57,660 bases of DNA from an uncultured Bacilli bacterium (GTDB taxonomy: Bacteria > Bacillota_I > Bacilli_A > RF39 > UBA660), in the NCBI GenBank assembly GCA_947632455.1, contig CANRPK010000006.1, forward strand, positions 1 to 57,660. The letters are read 5' to 3'. Under the pieces are notes generated by a model. It was given only the letters and a program-made list of their open reading frames with translations. It was not told the DNA's origin and made no database searches. Positions 44,612 through 53,043 of this stretch are shown here, piece after piece. The translations under genes were made by a program, and so were the position numbers. The stretch's first letter is position 1; each line of letters starts with the position of its first letter.

Positions 44612-45826
44612 ATGAAACAAACTTTAAAAAAAATGCCAATTAATAATAAACGTATACTCCTCCGCTGTGACTTTAATGTTCCTATCTCTAATGGTAATGT
44701 TTTAGATGAAACAAAAATCGTTAAAAGCTTAGAAACCATTAATTACCTATTAGAACATAATTGTAAAATTATTATAATGAGCCATTTAGGCCGGGTAAAA
44801 ACTGAAGAAGATAAAGCTAAATATTCTTTAGAACCAGTAAAAGCTGTTTTAGAAAAATATTTAAATCGTCCTATAATATTTGCTAAAGATATATTATCCG
44901 AAGAAACTAAAAATATAGCTCTAAATCTTAAACCTCAAGAAATACTTTTATTAGAAAATACTAGATTTTTAGATATCCCTAATAAATTGGAAAGTAATAT
45001 AAATGATGATACTGCTAAAGCTATTGCTTCTCTAGGTGAAATATTTGTTTTAGATGCCTTTGCTTCTGCCCATCGAGCTCATACATCTGTTGTTGGTATT
45101 GCTAAATATTTGCCTAATTGTATTGGTTTCTTATTTGAAAAAGAATTAACTATGCTTGAAAAATGTTTTTCTAATCCCCAAAAACCCTTTACTGTTATTA
45201 TGGGAGGCGCTAAAGTTGATGATAAATTAAACATCATTAAAAGTCTTTTGCCAAAATGTGATAATCTTTTAGTAAGTGGAGGTATTGCTAATTCCTTTTT
45301 AAGTGCCTTAGGTCTTAATGTAGGTTCTTCTCTTAAAACTGAAGATCATAATATAATTGAACAATTAAAAACTTTAATGTTGCAAAATAAAGAAAAATTT
45401 GCTTTTCCCCTAGATGCTGTTGTTGAAACTACTTTTGATAATGTTAAAGATCCTACTATAAAAAATATTAATCGTATTTCTTCTAATGATATTATCAAAG
45501 ACATTGGTCCTAAAACTATTAGCAAATATCACGAAATAATTAATAATAGTAAAACCATCTTCATTAATGGTACTATGGGTATTTATGAAGAAAAGCCTTA
45601 TAAAAATGGTACTACTGAAATATTTAATGCCCTAAAAAACTCTCCCGCTACTACTATTATTGGGGGAGGAGATACTATTTCAGCTCTAAATAATTTAGGC
45701 TTTGCAAATGCTTTTGAAAATATCTCTAGTGGAGGGGGAGCTACCCTAGAATATATTGCTAATGGTACTTTACCAGGCATTGAAGCTATAAATGAGGAAG
45801 AAAACATTGAAATACTTGATTTGTAA
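44612..45826 (+). CDS. pgk: Phosphoglycerate kinase
   Basis: RCDFNVP, SHLGR, LLENTRF, GGAKV, GGGD, SGGGA. Confidence 0.96.
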   Translation: MKQTLKKMPINNKRILLRCDFNVPISNGNVLDETKIVKSLETINYLLEHNCKIIIMSHLGRVKTEEDKAKYSLEPVKAVLEKYLNRPIIFAKDILSEETKNIALNLKPQEILLLENTRFLDIPNKLESNINDDTAKAIASLGEIFVLDAFASAHRAHTSVVGIAKYLPNCIGFLFEKELTMLEKCFSNPQKPFTVIMGGAKVDDKLNIIKSLLPKCDNLLVSGGIANSFLSALGLNVGSSLKTEDHNIIEQLKTLMLQNKEKFAFPLDAVVETTFDNVKDPTIKNINRISSNDIIKDIGPKTISKYHEIINNSKTIFINGTMGIYEEKPYKNGTTEIFNALKNSPATTIIGGGDTISALNNLGFANAFENISSGGGATLEYIANGTLPGIEAINEEENIEILDL

Positions 45827-46538
45827 TTTAAAAGCTAATAAAACTTATTATGAAATGGTTTTATATAAAGACTATTTACAAAATATTAATAATCAAAATA
45901 TTACTTTAATATTAGCTCCTAGTAATATTTATTTAAGCCTTTTTAAAGATGAAAATATTACTCTTTGTACTCAAGATTTATCTTTAAATGAAAACTTAAA
46001 CTTAACTGGTGATATTAATATTAATCAATTAAAAAGTTTAAATGTTAAATATAGTATTATTGGTCATTATGAACGTCGTAAATATTATCATGAAACAGCT
46101 AATAATATTGTAAGTAAAATTAAAATTGCTCTCAATAATGATTTAAAAGTTATTTATTGTATTGGTGAAACTATTGAAGAATTAAATCGTAAAATTGAAT
46201 ATCAAGTATTAGAAAAACAATTAGCTTGTGTTTTAAATAATATCCCCACTTCCGAGTTTTCTAATATTATTATTGCTTATGAACCCACTTATTTAATTGG
46301 TACCAATACTAATTATGATCTTGATAAAATTAAAACTACTATCAATTTTATTAAAAGTTTAGTTTATAATTACTATCATGAAAATATTAAAGTAGTCTAT
46401 GGTGGTAATTTAAATATCGATAATATTCAAGATTTTAATACTATATCAGAATTAGATGGCTATATTATTGGTAACTCTTCACTAAATCCTGCAAATATCC
46501 AAAAAATCTTAGAAAACATGACTTATAGAAACGAATAG
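45792..46538 (+). CDS. tpiA: Triosephosphate isomerase (divergent)
   Basis: NLK, IGHYERR, CIGE, AYEP, YGG; follows pgk. Confidence 0.88.
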   Translation: MRKKTLKYLICNLKANKTYYEMVLYKDYLQNINNQNITLILAPSNIYLSLFKDENITLCTQDLSLNENLNLTGDININQLKSLNVKYSIIGHYERRKYYHETANNIVSKIKIALNNDLKVIYCIGETIEELNRKIEYQVLEKQLACVLNNIPTSEFSNIIIAYEPTYLIGTNTNYDLDKIKTTINFIKSLVYNYYHENIKVVYGGNLNIDNIQDFNTISELDGYIIGNSSLNPANIQKILENMTYRNE

Positions 46539-46557
46539 TTTCTTTTTTTTACCCCAT

Positions 46558-46564
46558 TTCGACA
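46558..46564 (-). promoter_or_regulatory. Candidate Spo0A box upstream of spo0A
   Basis: TTCGACA (reverse complement TGTCGAA); near-match TGTCAAA at ~46590. Confidence 0.5.
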
Positions 46565-46678
46565 TCAATTTACAATAATTTACAAAACTTGTCAAAGTAT
46601 TTACTTGATACTACAATCTCTATGTGCTACAATAATCTTGCGTGTAGTAAATAAGTAACTGAATAAAAGGAGAAAAAA

Positions 46679-47452
46679 ATGGAAAACACAGTTAGAGTTC
46701 TAGTCGTGGATAATAATGAAAAAACCACTTCTAAAATTAAAGAACAATTTAGTAGTCACGCAGTAATCAAAGTAGTAAACACATTAACCAACGGAGAGGA
46801 AGCTTTGAATTACATTTTAAATAATCGTAATGATTTTGATCTTATCATTATGGATTTAATCCTTCCAGAAATAGATGGATTAACCATTCTCGAAAAGATG
46901 AAACAAGAAAATATAAAGAAAAAAGTAATAATAATAACTAGTCTAAAAAAAGATTATACCATTAATATGGCTAATAATTATGGTGTTAACTATTATATGT
47001 TAAAACCATTTAGTATGTTAGCCCTAGAAACTAGAATTTTAGATTTAACAAATAAAGATTTAATGAAATCTAAAGAATTAAATGAAACAGAAAAAGAAGT
47101 CCATGTTGCCATATCTAAATTATTACATCAATTAGGTATTCCAAGTCATATAAAAGGCTACACCTATATTCGCGAAAGCGTATTTCTATTTTATCAAAAT
47201 AGTGATGCTTATAGTGGTATCACTAAAGAAATATATCCCGAAGTTGCCCTTAGATATGCCACTACTGCTTCTCGTGTAGAGCGAGCAATTAGGCATGCTA
47301 TTGAAGTAAGTTGGACACGTGGGGATTATGATTTAATGGAAGAAATATTTGGCAATTCAGTCGCATTCGATCGTGCTAAACCAACTAATTCTGAATTTAT
47401 TGCTACTATTGCCGATCGTTTAAGATTTGATCGCAAACTCTTACATGTTTAA
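46679..47452 (+). CDS. spo0A: Sporulation master regulator Spo0A
   Basis: Receiver domain plus GIPSHIKGY, ITKEIYP, TTASRVERAIRHAIEVSW, KPTNSEFIA. Confidence 0.95.
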   Translation: MENTVRVLVVDNNEKTTSKIKEQFSSHAVIKVVNTLTNGEEALNYILNNRNDFDLIIMDLILPEIDGLTILEKMKQENIKKKVIIITSLKKDYTINMANNYGVNYYMLKPFSMLALETRILDLTNKDLMKSKELNETEKEVHVAISKLLHQLGIPSHIKGYTYIRESVFLFYQNSDAYSGITKEIYPEVALRYATTASRVERAIRHAIEVSWTRGDYDLMEEIFGNSVAFDRAKPTNSEFIATIADRLRFDRKLLHV

Positions 47453-47469
47453 GGCTTAAAGCCTTTTTT
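47451..47469 (+). terminator. Short terminator after spo0A
   Basis: AAGGCT TAA AGCCTT followed by a T-run. Confidence 0.5.
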
Positions 47470-47519
47470 AAATTGTTTTTTTCATATATTTATGTTATTA
47501 TGAATAGGAAGGTGAACTT

Positions 47520-49016
47520 ATGCGCAAAATCCTAACAGTAATATTAGATGGCTTTGGCTATCGCGAAGAAGAATATGGTAATGCTATTAAATTAGCAGAT
47601 ACTAAAAACTTCGATCGCCTTTGGGAAATGTTTCCTCATACCACTCTTTATGCTTCTGAAGAATATGTAGGACTAAATCCTAAAGAATTTGGTAATAGTG
47701 AAATAGGTCATATGACTATTGGCGCTGGTAGATTAATTAAACAGCATGGTCCTCGTATTACTGATTTTCTTAAAAACTATACTAGCAATGAAACATTTAT
47801 GGATATGCTAACTCAAGCTAAAATTCGTAAAGTTCATATAATGGGTTTATATAGTGATGGTAAAGTTCATGCTAATCTTGACCATTTTTTAAGTCTTTAT
47901 AATATATTACAAGAAAATAATGCTAAAGAAATTCATTTTCATTTAATAACTGATGGTCGTGATACTAAAGTAAATGCCGCGGTTAATTTCATCAAAGACT
48001 TAGAAGAAAAAATAAAAGAAAGTCCAAACGCTGATATTGCCAGTATATGTGGCCGTTTTTATGCTATGGATCGTGATACTAATTATAATAGAACCAAAGT
48101 ATATTATGATTTAATAACTAAAGGTATAGGTATTCCAGCTAAATCTGCTACTGATGGTATTTTAAATTTATATAAAAAAGATCAAACTGATGAATTTATC
48201 TATCCTATTATTGTTAATCCTAATGCTACTATTAAAAATGAAGATATAATAATTTGGATGAATTATCGAAGTGATCGTAGTAAACAAATTATGCGAGCAC
48301 TTACAAAACCTGATTTTAATGACTTTGCAACTTATAGATATACTAATTTAAAAGCATATTCTTTCTTTCCTATCGATAATGATATTCCAACTAAAAATTT
48401 CTTACAAGATATTGAAGTTAATAATTCTTTAGGAAGATATTTAAGTTCTTTAGGTATCACTCAAGCAAGAATTGCCGAAACTGAAAAATATGCTCATGTT
48501 ACTTATTTCTTTGATGGTATGTATAATAATAAAATTGATAAATGTGACAAAATATTAATACCATCCCCAAAAGTAGAAACATATGATTTAGCCCCAGAAA
48601 TGAGTGCCACCGAGATAACAAAAAAAACCATCACCGCGATGGAAAAAGATACAGATTTTATTTTAGTTAATTTTGCTAACCCAGATATGGTTGGTCATAC
48701 TGGCAATCTTGATGCTACCATGAAAGCTGTTACAACTGTTGACGTATGTTTAGGTCGCTTATATGAAGTTGCCAAAGATAATTTTTATACAATGGTTATT
48801 CTAGCAGATCATGGAAATGCGGATATAATGCTAGATGAATTTAATAACCCCGTAACTACTCATACAACAAGCAAAGTTCCATTTATTATAACTGATCCTA
48901 ATGTAACCCTTAAAAAAAGTGGGGATTTAACAAATGTTGCCCCAACTATTCTTGAATATATGGATATTGCCCTACCTCCAGAAATGGAAGATACCCAAAG
49001 CTTACTAACTAATTAA
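47520..49016 (+). CDS. gpmI: 2,3-BPG-independent phosphoglycerate mutase
   Basis: ILDGFG, GNSEIGH, GRFYAMDRD, ETEKYAHVT, DMVGHTG, ADHGN. Confidence 0.97.
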   Translation: MRKILTVILDGFGYREEEYGNAIKLADTKNFDRLWEMFPHTTLYASEEYVGLNPKEFGNSEIGHMTIGAGRLIKQHGPRITDFLKNYTSNETFMDMLTQAKIRKVHIMGLYSDGKVHANLDHFLSLYNILQENNAKEIHFHLITDGRDTKVNAAVNFIKDLEEKIKESPNADIASICGRFYAMDRDTNYNRTKVYYDLITKGIGIPAKSATDGILNLYKKDQTDEFIYPIIVNPNATIKNEDIIIWMNYRSDRSKQIMRALTKPDFNDFATYRYTNLKAYSFFPIDNDIPTKNFLQDIEVNNSLGRYLSSLGITQARIAETEKYAHVTYFFDGMYNNKIDKCDKILIPSPKVETYDLAPEMSATEITKKTITAMEKDTDFILVNFANPDMVGHTGNLDATMKAVTTVDVCLGRLYEVAKDNFYTMVILADHGNADIMLDEFNNPVTTHTTSKVPFIITDPNVTLKKSGDLTNVAPTILEYMDIALPPEMEDTQSLLTN

Positions 49017-49028
49017 TAGTTAGTTTTT

Positions 49029-49292
49029 TTATTTTAAAATACTTTTAGGATAAGGCCTTCTCTCATCAGTTCTACCCACTAAATAATCAATACTTGTATT
49101 ATAAAAATCAGCTAATATATTTATCTTTTCTAAAGGAATAATTCTCACTCCCAGTTCATATTCACTATAATATTGCTGAGTTGTATTTAATAATTTAGCA
49201 ATATCTTTTTGGTATAAATCATGGTCTTCTCTAATCTCTCTTAACCGTTCCACTTTCATACGTACCACCACAATTATTTTCTCATACATCAT
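49029..49292 (-). CDS. XRE-family HTH regulator (likely start MKVER near 49259)
   Basis: RLREIREDHDLYQKDIAKLL...YSEYELG...IDYLVG. Confidence 0.85.
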   Translation of the reverse strand: MMYEKIIVVVRMKVERLREIREDHDLYQKDIAKLLNTTQQYYSEYELGVRIIPLEKINILADFYNTSIDYLVGRTDERRPYPKSILK

Positions 49293-49302
49293 TTATAATG
49301 TC

Positions 49303-49357
49303 TTGACATACACAAAATTTAATGTATAATAAAAATATATACACGATATATAATGTA
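49303..49357 (+). promoter_or_regulatory. sigmaA promoter of paralog 4 with two operator-like repeats
   Basis: TTGACA-16-TATAAT; TACACAAAATTTAATGTA (49309-49326) and TACACGATATATAATGTA (49340-49357). Confidence 0.65.
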
Positions 49358-49368
49358 GGAGGAAAAGA

Positions 49369-50886
49369 ATGAAAATAGAAAGATTAGATACAGATAGTAA
49401 AAGAAATAAAACAATATTTGTAGTAGGATTTATATTAGCAATAATATTAGTAATAGTAATAAACTATATAACTAGTTTAGCAAGATATAGGAATACAGAG
49501 AGTATAGAACTGGCAAGTGGAAATATAAGTTATAATAAAGTAGATTTAAATATAATCGCAATGTATCAAGAAAGTAGTTATAGCACAAATGGTTATAAAC
49601 AAATAGATGATGTACCAACCGAAAAATATACATTGAGTAATAAAAGTTATTGTGAAGTAAATGGCGAACCCATAGAAGATGTAAATATAAATTATGAAGA
49701 AGGTTCATTAGGTGTAACAAATATCAAAAAAAGAGGAACAAAATGTTATATATATTTTGACTTAGATTATAAAGCAGATGATATGTTAGCAAAATTAGAA
49801 GCAATAAAACAAAGTGAATATACCATAGATGAAATGCCAAACCCAATTACTGGAATGTACAACGAACAAGAAGAAAACCCAGAAGGAAAAGAAAAATTAT
49901 ATATCAGTCCAGATAATTATGGAACCAGTTATGTGTTTAGAGGCAACAATGATGATGTAAATAACTGGATAACATTTGCCAATCATACATGGAGAATAAT
50001 CAGAATAAATGGCGATGGCACATTAAGATTAATATTTCAATGTGATAAACCAAATTGTGAAATAACAGAAGGGGCAGAAACTAATGCTTTAACTTCTACA
50101 TATAAATCAGAACCATATGACGATAATACCTATGTCGGCTACTATTATGGAACAGCCAAAGCAGATAAAGGAGATACTGGAGATCCAACATATAGCGAAG
50201 CACATTCCAACTCTACACCTAGTAATGTAGCAAAAGCTGTCGATGGCTGGTATACTGGAACAGGAGCCATGACAAATTATACAAACTATCTAGATGGAAG
50301 TACAGGATGGTGTAATGATAGAGTAGTAGTTACTAAAGTCTGGAATGGATATGAAAGCGATGGTACAGGACAGTCTGCAAGTGGATATGCCTCAGCTTCA
50401 AGGTTGATTGCCAAAGGTGGAGTTTATAGAACAAAACAATATCCAACATTAAAATGTGGGGTTGTAATGCCTGAAGAAGATCCAACAGATGTAGAAGGAT
50501 TTAGCAATTTTGATGAAATAGATACTAATGCTTTAAAAAGAGATTTATTTACTACCAAAAACTCAGGTAGAGGTAACGAAATACTTACAAATCCAGTAGG
50601 TTTAATTACTAGTGATGAAGTCGCTATGGCTGGAGGCTTTGCAGGAACAGCAGGAACTAGCTATTGGTTATATACTAACCAATATTATTGGACAATGTCT
50701 CCGTATCACTATTATCTCGATGGTTGGTCAAGCGTGTTCGATGTGTATGGTGATGGCGGCCTCTGGGGTGCGCGCGTGTATTACCCTCTTGGTGTGCGTC
50801 CAGTAGTTAATCTGAAGGCTGATATTGAATTTACAAGTGGAACAGGAGCATCTTCTAATCCATTCGTAGTAAAAACAAACATATAA
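49369..50886 (+). CDS. Secreted hypervariable protein, paralog 4 (putative DGR target)
   Basis: N-terminus nearly identical to paralog 2; YWTMSP-[variable]-GVRPVVNL. Confidence 0.75.
   Translation: MKIERLDTDSKRNKTIFVVGFILAIILVIVINYITSLARYRNTESIELASGNISYNKVDLNIIAMYQESSYSTNGYKQIDDVPTEKYTLSNKSYCEVNGEPIEDVNINYEEGSLGVTNIKKRGTKCYIYFDLDYKADDMLAKLEAIKQSEYTIDEMPNPITGMYNEQEENPEGKEKLYISPDNYGTSYVFRGNNDDVNNWITFANHTWRIIRINGDGTLRLIFQCDKPNCEITEGAETNALTSTYKSEPYDDNTYVGYYYGTAKADKGDTGDPTYSEAHSNSTPSNVAKAVDGWYTGTGAMTNYTNYLDGSTGWCNDRVVVTKVWNGYESDGTGQSASGYASASRLIAKGGVYRTKQYPTLKCGVVMPEEDPTDVEGFSNFDEIDTNALKRDLFTTKNSGRGNEILTNPVGLITSDEVAMAGGFAGTAGTSYWLYTNQYYWTMSPYHYYLDGWSSVFDVYGDGGLWGARVYYPLGVRPVVNLKADIEFTSGTGASSNPFVVKTNI
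50700..50800 (+). repeat. Variable region VR4
   Basis: 101 nt, ~54% GC by manual count; aligns with the other VRs. Confidence 0.75.
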
Positions 50887-50930
50887 AAACATGCCTGTAC
50901 TGCTTTCTTATTCCAAGTATAGGCATGTTT
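50887..50930 (+). repeat. Conserved 3' stem-loop of paralog 4
   Basis: AAACATGCCTGTACT/AGTATAGGCATGTTT with loop GCTTTCTTATTCCA. Confidence 0.75.
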
Positions 50931-50947
50931 ACATAAAAGGTAGATTT

Positions 50948-52927
50948 CTACCTTTTTTTATCTTTACTTTCTTGCTCTTCAAAAACCATTTCCGTATTAG
51001 TAAAAGTGTTTTCTGTACCTTTCAAAAAATAAAATAATGTAGCTTTACTCGTATCATTTGTGGGTTCTCCAGTCGTAGCGTTCAGTACTACTCCAACCAC
51101 ATTATTAGGCATTTCATACCATTGAGCCTCTTTGTCTTTTTCTAAAGCTTCCACTGTATCAGCCCATATTTTTTTAGAAATAGTTGAATACTTACTGCTA
51201 ACATCACTATTATCATCATAGCCAACCCATGTAACCATAAGAATATCCGGATTAAACCCAGCTATCCAGAAATCCGAGTTAGTTGTCCCTGTTTTAATCG
51301 CATATTTTCTTGAAAGTTGTGAAGCAATAACTAAAGCGGTAGGATTAGCATAATCTCTAAATTGACTATTAGTTGAACCTGTTAATAACTCATTTAAAAT
51401 ATATGTGTAATTTATATTCAAAACTAAATCTTTTTTATCATCTTTTTCATATAATACATTTCCATCTTTATCTTCTACTCTCTTAATAAGCCCTACGTCT
51501 TCTTTAAAACCTCCTGTAGCAAGGGTATTATATCCTCTAGCTAAATCAAGTGGCGAAATTCCATATGTTCCTAAAGCTAAAGAAGTTACTGCCTCTAATT
51601 TTGCTTGTATTCCCACTCTTTTTGCTGTATCTACTAACTTTTCTGGTCCCAAAAACATATTTGTTTTAACCGCATAAACATTATCAGATACTGCAATAGC
51701 TTGAGCCATTGTAATTGGTTTATTCGCGTATATAGAGCCATAATTTTTTGGCGAATAAACCTTTCCATTACTTAAAGAAAATGTTGTAAATTGACTATTA
51801 AATGTTGAAGAAGAAGTCATTCCTTCCTCCAAGGCTCCATAATATAAAAATGGCTTCATTGTAGAGCCTACTTGTCTACCACTACTAATAGCTCTATTAT
51901 ATTGACTTTGAGCATAATTTATCCCCCCAGATAAAGCTATAACTCCCCCACTTTTTGGATCAATAATTACACTTGCTGATTGTAAGCCACTATCTCCAAT
52001 ATTTTTAATAATATTTTGTTCAAGTACTTCTTGAGCATTTAAATCTAAATAAGTATAAACTTTAATTCCCCCGGCTTGAACTAATTCAGAAGGAATAGTT
52101 TTAATATTTTTTAGTTCTTGCATTACTGCGTCCTGATAATACATAAGCATATCTAAATTTTCTTCTGAACCTTTACCATAAATCGGAATTTCTTCTTTAA
52201 AAATATTTTCTAGTTCTTCTTCTTTAAGCATTCCATTATTAACCATTGCTTGTCCTACTAATTTTGCTCTTTTTATTGCCAAATCATAATTAGCGATTGG
52301 ATTATAATATCCTGGACTATTAGGAATACCTGCTAAAATTAAACTTTCCTCTAATGTTAAATCAATCGGTTCTTTATTAAAATAATATCGACTAGCATTT
52401 GCTATTCCAAAATTTCCTTGCCCATAATTTATGGTATTTAAATAACCTTCTAAAATCTCATCTTTTGAATAATGCGCTTCTAATTCTAAAGTTAAAAATG
52501 CCTCTTCTATTTTTCTTGACCATGTTGAATCAAAATTTAAATATATATTTTTTACATATTGTTGAGAAATAGTTGATGCTCCCTGTGTAATCTTTTTATT
52601 TTTAATATTTGTATACATTGCTTTAGCAATTCTTAAATAATCAAATCCATGATGTTTATAAAAATTTTTATCTTCTACACTTATTACTGCATTTATTAAA
52701 TTATAATTAATATCTTCTAAATCAACCCATTTACTAGTACTACTACCCTGATATAATAATTCATCATTATTATCATAAATATAATATTGACCAGCCGTTC
52801 TAAGTTCTAATTTAGGACTTAAAAAAGCATAAGTATATAAACCTATAATAATAATTACAAAACTAATAAACATAAATATCGCTGATTTCATTAAAAACTT
52901 TAATACTCTCAAAAACGCTTCACCCAA
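50948..52927 (-). CDS. Class A penicillin-binding protein (transglycosylase/transpeptidase)
   Basis: EDKNFYKHHG, GASTISQQYVK, RKIEE, STMK, SDN, KTGT. Confidence 0.93.
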   Translation of the reverse strand: MGEAFLRVLKFLMKSAIFMFISFVIIIIGLYTYAFLSPKLELRTAGQYYIYDNNDELLYQGSSTSKWVDLEDINYNLINAVISVEDKNFYKHHGFDYLRIAKAMYTNIKNKKITQGASTISQQYVKNIYLNFDSTWSRKIEEAFLTLELEAHYSKDEILEGYLNTINYGQGNFGIANASRYYFNKEPIDLTLEESLILAGIPNSPGYYNPIANYDLAIKRAKLVGQAMVNNGMLKEEELENIFKEEIPIYGKGSEENLDMLMYYQDAVMQELKNIKTIPSELVQAGGIKVYTYLDLNAQEVLEQNIIKNIGDSGLQSASVIIDPKSGGVIALSGGINYAQSQYNRAISSGRQVGSTMKPFLYYGALEEGMTSSSTFNSQFTTFSLSNGKVYSPKNYGSIYANKPITMAQAIAVSDNVYAVKTNMFLGPEKLVDTAKRVGIQAKLEAVTSLALGTYGISPLDLARGYNTLATGGFKEDVGLIKRVEDKDGNVLYEKDDKKDLVLNINYTYILNELLTGSTNSQFRDYANPTALVIASQLSRKYAIKTGTTNSDFWIAGFNPDILMVTWVGYDDNSDVSSKYSTISKKIWADTVEALEKDKEAQWYEMPNNVVGVVLNATTGEPTNDTSKATLFYFLKGTENTFTNTEMVFEEQESKDKKR

Positions 52928-53043
52928 TATTATTATGAAATTATTTTTTAAAACTATAACTAATATTGAGAAAAATGTATTTTATGCAAAAAATTTGCAT
53001 AAAACTATAAAAATGTGCTATAATTTTAACGGAGGAACCAAAT

